Shown here: positions 59,817 to 64,000 of the stretch, piece by piece | Layout of the letters: each line of letters starts with the position of its first letter | Position numbering within the stretch: the first letter of the stretch is position 1 | DNA from: Vulcanimicrobiota bacterium | GTDB lineage: Bacteria > Vulcanimicrobiota > Vulcanimicrobiia > Vulcanimicrobiales > Vulcanimicrobiaceae | DNA: 64,000 nucleotides | Assembly (NCBI GenBank): GCA_963795855.1 | Contig: CAWCIZ010000003.1 | Span: 128,001 to 192,000 of the forward strand | Direction of reading: 5' to 3' | Translations under genes and position numbers: made by a program | The notes under the pieces: generated by a model | What the model was told of the DNA's origin: nothing | Database searches by the model: none | What the model saw: only the letters and a program-made list of their open reading frames with translations

Positions 59817-61187
59817 CTAGGGGCGGGGCGTTACTACGAGTTTCCGCACCACCGTCTGTTCGCCCACGCCTTGGGTGATGCTCGCCATCACGTAATACGT
59901 GGTGGTTTTGGTAACGTCGGGCGCGGTGATGGTGACCGCGTTTTGATCGGAGGGAATGTCGCCTTGCTCGACCGGATCGCCGGACCCGTCGGCCATCGAT
60001 ATGCGCGCGTCGCCGTGCTGACCGTCGATCATCACCGTCACGACGTCGCCCGGCGCGGCGTGCTGAGTGGAGAGCGACATGCCCGCGTTCGGCGCCTTCG
60101 GCGCATCCGCCGCCTGGGCGGTGGGGACGATCGCGCCGGGCATCACCATCACGCCGACCGCGGCGACCGTATCCTGATTCTTGCCCCGCGCGTGCAGGAC
60201 GGCGCGCATCTCACGGCCGGCCGCGCCTTGCGGCACCTGCAGCAGCGTTTCGCCGTAGCTCGTGATCGGCGCTCGCGCCCACAGGCGTCCGGTATCGTCG
60301 ATCAGCCAGATTTCGCCGTCGCGCGCATCGGTGGTGTACGTCAGTCTCATCGTGCCGCCCGCATGGACGAGCGGCGTCGCAACTGCGAACTCGCTCACGC
60401 GCGGCGCGGCGGCAACGGCAGTTTGACGCTTGCGCGCGCTCGCAGCGGCGATCGCAATGTTTTGGGTGCGGCTCTGGCGCCCGAACGGCCCTGCAACGTT
60501 GACGGAAAGAACGACGTTCGGTCCGGCGGTCGGCGGAACGGTGAAATGCAGCGTGCCGCGGTGGGCGTCGATCAAGCCGGCAGAGAGTTGACGGCCGTCC
60601 CGCGTTTGCAACTGGTATTCCATCGACGCCCAGCCGCGGAACGCATACGGAACGTCGACCGCCTTTCCGCCGAACGCGCGGTTCGGCGCGGCGAGCAGCG
60701 CGAGATGCGGCGTCGATGCTGCAGCCGCGAAAGCGGTTCCGAGCGTCAGCAAGACGGATGCGGCGCCGGCGATCATCCAACGCGGGCGTTTGCCGATGCG
60801 TGCGGGCGCCGGCGCCTCCAGCGAAAACGCGACGTTGCCTCCGGCAACCTGCACGATCGCGCGATCGTAGGGCCCGATGTCCGCGACTCGCACCGGCAAG
60901 AGCGTTTCGGATATGGAAAACGGCGCGATGTGTATATCTAAAGGATAGGCGAGCACGTTCTCGCCGCGCAGCTTTGCGCAAGACATGCGTGCCCGCAGGG
61001 GATGTTCGCTCTGGTTCACGATGCGAAGCGCGTAGTCTGCCGTGCCCGCTCGTTTATCGCAGCCCGAAAGCGCGAGGTAGCCCTCGACGTCGCCGCTGCC
61101 CGCCGCAAGCTGGGCGCGCGTTCCGTACAACGGCGCCGGGCGGCGCGTGTGCGAGTCGGGAAGCGCAAGCGCATAGGTGATCGACAT
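59817..61187 (-). CDS. Hypothetical membrane-anchored beta-rich protein at the end of the tad operon
   Basis: 456-aa ORF 1 bp after the tadE stop, with a central TM segment and Ig-like strands on both sides. Confidence 0.7.
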   Translation of the reverse strand: MSITYALALPDSHTRRPAPLYGTRAQLAAGSGDVEGYLALSGCDKRAGTADYALRIVNQSEHPLRARMSCAKLRGENVLAYPLDIHIAPFSISETLLPVRVADIGPYDRAIVQVAGGNVAFSLEAPAPARIGKRPRWMIAGAASVLLTLGTAFAAAASTPHLALLAAPNRAFGGKAVDVPYAFRGWASMEYQLQTRDGRQLSAGLIDAHRGTLHFTVPPTAGPNVVLSVNVAGPFGRQSRTQNIAIAAASARKRQTAVAAAPRVSEFAVATPLVHAGGTMRLTYTTDARDGEIWLIDDTGRLWARAPITSYGETLLQVPQGAAGREMRAVLHARGKNQDTVAAVGVMVMPGAIVPTAQAADAPKAPNAGMSLSTQHAAPGDVVTVMIDGQHGDARISMADGSGDPVEQGDIPSDQNAVTITAPDVTKTTTYYVMASITQGVGEQTVVRKLVVTPRP

Positions 61188-61188
61188 G

Positions 61189-61626
61189 CTACTCCGAGAT
61201 CACCATCTTCGACGTGCTCGAAAGCGTCAGCGAGGCGAACGACATGAACGGTATCTGCAGCTGAAACGGATATGAAACGTTGACCGCAACGACGCATCCC
61301 GGCCCGCTCGGCGAACTCGAGGAAGCAGCGCTGCAGCCGCCTTGGCTCGACCACGTGGTGTTGACCGTGACCTTTGTGGTGTCTACGAGCGGCATCTGGC
61401 TGAGAACGTACGTTTTCACATCCGAAGCGCTCGCCGGACAGGTGGACGCCAAGCACCCCGTGCCGCGAACGATCGCCCAACGGCTTCCCTGACGTGCCGC
61501 GCTCGCCACGGTGTGATACGTGTACAACAAGAGCGCGCACCACATCAACCCGAACAGCACCATCAGCGTAACCAGCGCCGAGATCGCAAATTCGACCATC
61601 GTGGCGCCGCGCTGCCCGTGCTTCAT
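61189..61626 (-). CDS. tadE: TadE/TadG-like minor pilin
   Basis: QRGATMVEFA prepilin site, TM helix, AARQGSR. Confidence 0.88.
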   Translation of the reverse strand: MKHGQRGATMVEFAISALVTLMVLFGLMWCALLLYTYHTVASAARQGSRWAIVRGTGCLASTCPASASDVKTYVLSQMPLVDTTKVTVNTTWSSQGGCSAASSSSPSGPGCVVAVNVSYPFQLQIPFMSFASLTLSSTSKMVISE

Positions 61627-62078
61627 TGCTGCGCGATCCGCATCGTCGCAGTGTTGCTTACGGTAAGGCTAGACGGCAAGAACGGATAGTCGAACAGCGG
61701 ACTCACCGTTCCGCTGACCATGACCTTCACGTAACCGACGAGATGACTGCCGGCGGCACAGGTCCCCGTGCATGCCACTGCGCTCGAGGACGAACCATTC
61801 CAACATTCGCAGTAATTGGATGGGGTCACGGTGAGCGACGAGATGCTGTTCGATCCGTCGGCGGTAACGGCGCTCGTCATGCCGCTCGTGTCGAGTGCTG
61901 TGGTGCCGTTTTGCGCGCCATATTGCACGCCGGCTCGGGCGGCGTTTCCAACCAAAATGCTGAAGTAGGCATAACGACCCATCTCGACGCCGCCCAGCAG
62001 CAAGAGCATGAGCAGCGGCAGAACGAGTACGAATTCGATCAGCGCCGAACCGGCCTGCGAGCGGGACGTCCGCATCAT
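61623..62078 (-). CDS. tadE: TadE/TadG-like minor pilin
   Basis: QAGSALIEFVLVLP, AARAGVQY. Confidence 0.88.
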   Translation of the reverse strand: MMRTSRSQAGSALIEFVLVLPLLMLLLLGGVEMGRYAYFSILVGNAARAGVQYGAQNGTTALDTSGMTSAVTADGSNSISSLTVTPSNYCECWNGSSSSAVACTGTCAAGSHLVGYVKVMVSGTVSPLFDYPFLPSSLTVSNTATMRIAQQ

Positions 62079-63271
62079 TCGGCCAGCGCCGGTATCGCTA
62101 CCAGCGTTCCGTTCGTCGGCGGATCCGGAAAGTTTTGCGTGCTGCCGTTGAAGTTGACGTCGGAGACGACGAGCACGGTGTACGAGTTCAGCGAGCCGTT
62201 GAAGTTTACGTCATACGTCGGATAATACACCAAACCGCTGATTTTGGTACTCGACGAGCCGTTGAAGTTCGGGGTGCAGCTCCCGGCGCCCGGCGCAGCA
62301 TAAATCAAGACGCCTTTTTCGTTTCCGGTCGTCGGCGGTGTGAGATTCAAGTTTGCGCCGTTGAAGTTCGCGCACGCCCCGCTCGTGAAGTAGAGCGTGA
62401 CGCCGCTGCCGCTTAAGTGCGTTCCGTTGAAGTTCGGCGATCCCGTAAACACGTACGTCCCGGGATTAAACGTGATCGTCGCACCGTTGAAGTTGGGCCT
62501 GTACATGCAGCCGGGGTTCAGCGTAACGATTGCCCCGTTGTAGTTAGGCGAAGAGACGCAGGATGATGTCGACGGCGGGTTGTTCGTCAAATAGTTGCAG
62601 CCTGCGATTTGCGGGCATGGGTCGTGCGCCGGCATTGAGAGCTGCGGCCGCGCTTCGGTGAACGTGGCGCCGTTCTCGTTCGGGGTTTTTCCCGACTGGT
62701 ATCCGATTGACGCCGCGTCGACGTGCGCACCGTTGAAGTTTGCCGTGCCGTTCATGATGATGCCGCACTTGGGGCCGTCGTACGTCATGCCGTTGAAGTT
62801 GGGGGCGCCGCTGGGATTGAGTTGGTACAGGCACTCATTGTCGTTCGCGCTCATGCGCGCCACGGCGCTCGCACTCACCGCTGTTGAAGCGCCGCCGTTG
62901 ATTACGCCGGCGAAAAACGGCGCGTACGATTTCGATACGATCACGTGAACCGCCGTACCGCCGCCCGTGTATGCGTCGCTGTAATCGGTATCGACCGTTA
63001 CGGTAACGCCGTTCGAGCCGTCGGTGAACCCGTTCGAGGCTGCATCCGCCTTCGCGGCAGCCGTCGCGCTCGAAGTTCCGTACGCGACTTCCGCCGCACC
63101 GGCAAGCGCCGCGCTGTCGGCGGCCGATTGCTGCAAGCGCTGCTGGTACCGCTCGTAGCCGACGTCGACCGACAAACTCGTAATACCCGTCAGCACCGTC
63201 AACAACATCGCAACCATCACCAGCGTTTGGCCGCGTTGACCGTTAAGTCGTCGGACTGCGGAACTCTTCAT
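62075..63271 (-). CDS. TadG-like Flp pilus assembly protein with repetitive C-terminal domain
   Basis: QRGQTLVMVA, VDVG...QQSAADSAALAGA and ten xN[FYE]NG repeats. Confidence 0.85.
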   Translation of the reverse strand: MKSSAVRRLNGQRGQTLVMVAMLLTVLTGITSLSVDVGYERYQQRLQQSAADSAALAGAAEVAYGTSSATAAAKADAASNGFTDGSNGVTVTVDTDYSDAYTGGGTAVHVIVSKSYAPFFAGVINGGASTAVSASAVARMSANDNECLYQLNPSGAPNFNGMTYDGPKCGIIMNGTANFNGAHVDAASIGYQSGKTPNENGATFTEARPQLSMPAHDPCPQIAGCNYLTNNPPSTSSCVSSPNYNGAIVTLNPGCMYRPNFNGATITFNPGTYVFTGSPNFNGTHLSGSGVTLYFTSGACANFNGANLNLTPPTTGNEKGVLIYAAPGAGSCTPNFNGSSSTKISGLVYYPTYDVNFNGSLNSYTVLVVSDVNFNGSTQNFPDPPTNGTLVAIPALAE

Positions 63272-63273
63272 GG

Positions 63274-64000
63274 CTACCTCGTAATCACAGTTGGCGTCAT
63301 CACGAACACAATGTCCGTCTGCGAATGTTGGTAATTCGTGGATTGAAAGAGTTTGCCGAGAATCGGAATTTGCGAGAGGACGGGAATCTTGGTGATGAAG
63401 CGCTGCTCGATGCGGCGCACCATGCCGCCCATGATGATCGATTCACCCGGCTGCGTGATCACGTCCGTCGAAAGTTTGCTTTCCTTGAGCGCCGGGATCA
63501 CGAACCCGTTCTCGCTGATACCGTCTTGAAAGTCGAGATCCGAGATGTCGGGCTGAATTTTCGCTTCGACCGCGCCGGTGCCGAGCAGCGTGGGCGTCAC
63601 GTTCAGCTGCACGCCGAACGGCTCGTACTGAATGCCGACCTGTCCGAGGCCGGTCGCTACCGGAATCGGCACCGAACCGCCGACCAGAAACGTTGCATTG
63701 TTGCCCGGCAGCGTCACCAGATCCGGAGCGGAGAGCAGTCGCGCGTGACCTTCCGTCATCAGCAGGCGAAGCGTCGGCGCAAGCGTCGTGACGCGAAAGA
63801 ACGGCCCCGCGTTGAGCGGTTTGCCGAGGTCGTGCGGCGCCTCGACTATCGGGAAACTCGGACCGCCTGAAATCCAGCAAGTCGGCGTGTAAATACAGTT
63901 CGAGTTGAAGGTCGCGCTCTGCAAATCCAATCCGAGATCGTTTTGCGCGGTGTGATCGACCTCGAGCACGTACACTTTCACGTCGATTTGGGACGTTGTG
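63274..64000 (-). CDS. cpaC: Flp pilus secretin CpaC/RcpA (5' part outside the window)
   Basis: ARLLSAPDLVTLPG..ATFLVGG.VPIP, YEPFGVQLNVTP, IPVLSQIPILGKLF, IVFVMTP. Confidence 0.88.
   Translation of the reverse strand, partial: TTSQIDVKVYVLEVDHTAQNDLGLDLQSATFNSNCIYTPTCWISGGPSFPIVEAPHDLGKPLNAGPFFRVTTLAPTLRLLMTEGHARLLSAPDLVTLPGNNATFLVGGSVPIPVATGLGQVGIQYEPFGVQLNVTPTLLGTGAVEAKIQPDISDLDFQDGISENGFVIPALKESKLSTDVITQPGESIIMGGMVRRIEQRFITKIPVLSQIPILGKLFQSTNYQHSQTDIVFVMTPTVITR

Noticed and set aside
1..64000. CRISPR array, cas genes, transposase, integrase, reverse transcriptase or prophage
   Set aside because: No regularly spaced repeats or matching protein motifs were seen by eye. A formal HMM search was not possible.

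Overview
High-GC bacterial chromosomal window, gene-dense, with no CRISPR array, rRNA, tRNA or transposase recognised. The gene repertoire suggests a soil Terrabacteria lineage such as Ca. Eremiobacterota/Vulcanimicrobiota; this is inference only. Housekeeping genes: trxA, gyrA, tsaE-tsaB-rimI-yqeK-rsfS, leuS, HU, nadA/nadC, pncA and possibly the start of selA. Other content: competence genes (comEA, comEC), many secreted peptidases (S10 x2, S9, S12, S13 x2), two orphan peptide-binding proteins, an accessory patch at about 24.8-33.8 kb, an ABC-2 exporter and the end of a Tad/Flp pilus operon. Many genes, including essential gyrA, carry 1-bp indels or an in-frame stop, so the sequence probably contains read or assembly errors, and fusions or splits must be treated cautiously. 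The most interesting unexplained signal is the non-coding stretch at 47.8-49.7 kb upstream of HU. It holds a candidate ~180-nt structured RNA (promoter, long rod with apical three-way junction, terminator), two sibling two-hairpin candidate sRNAs with CUCCCC anti-Shine-Dalgarno loops, and two unannotated small proteins. Further leads: a hairpin leader in front of nadA (riboswitch candidate), an apparent NadA-NadC fusion, a DUF1611/DacB/peptide-binding cluster, and a BTAD-ATPase-TPR regulator next to a secreted protein with a duplicated unrecognised domain.
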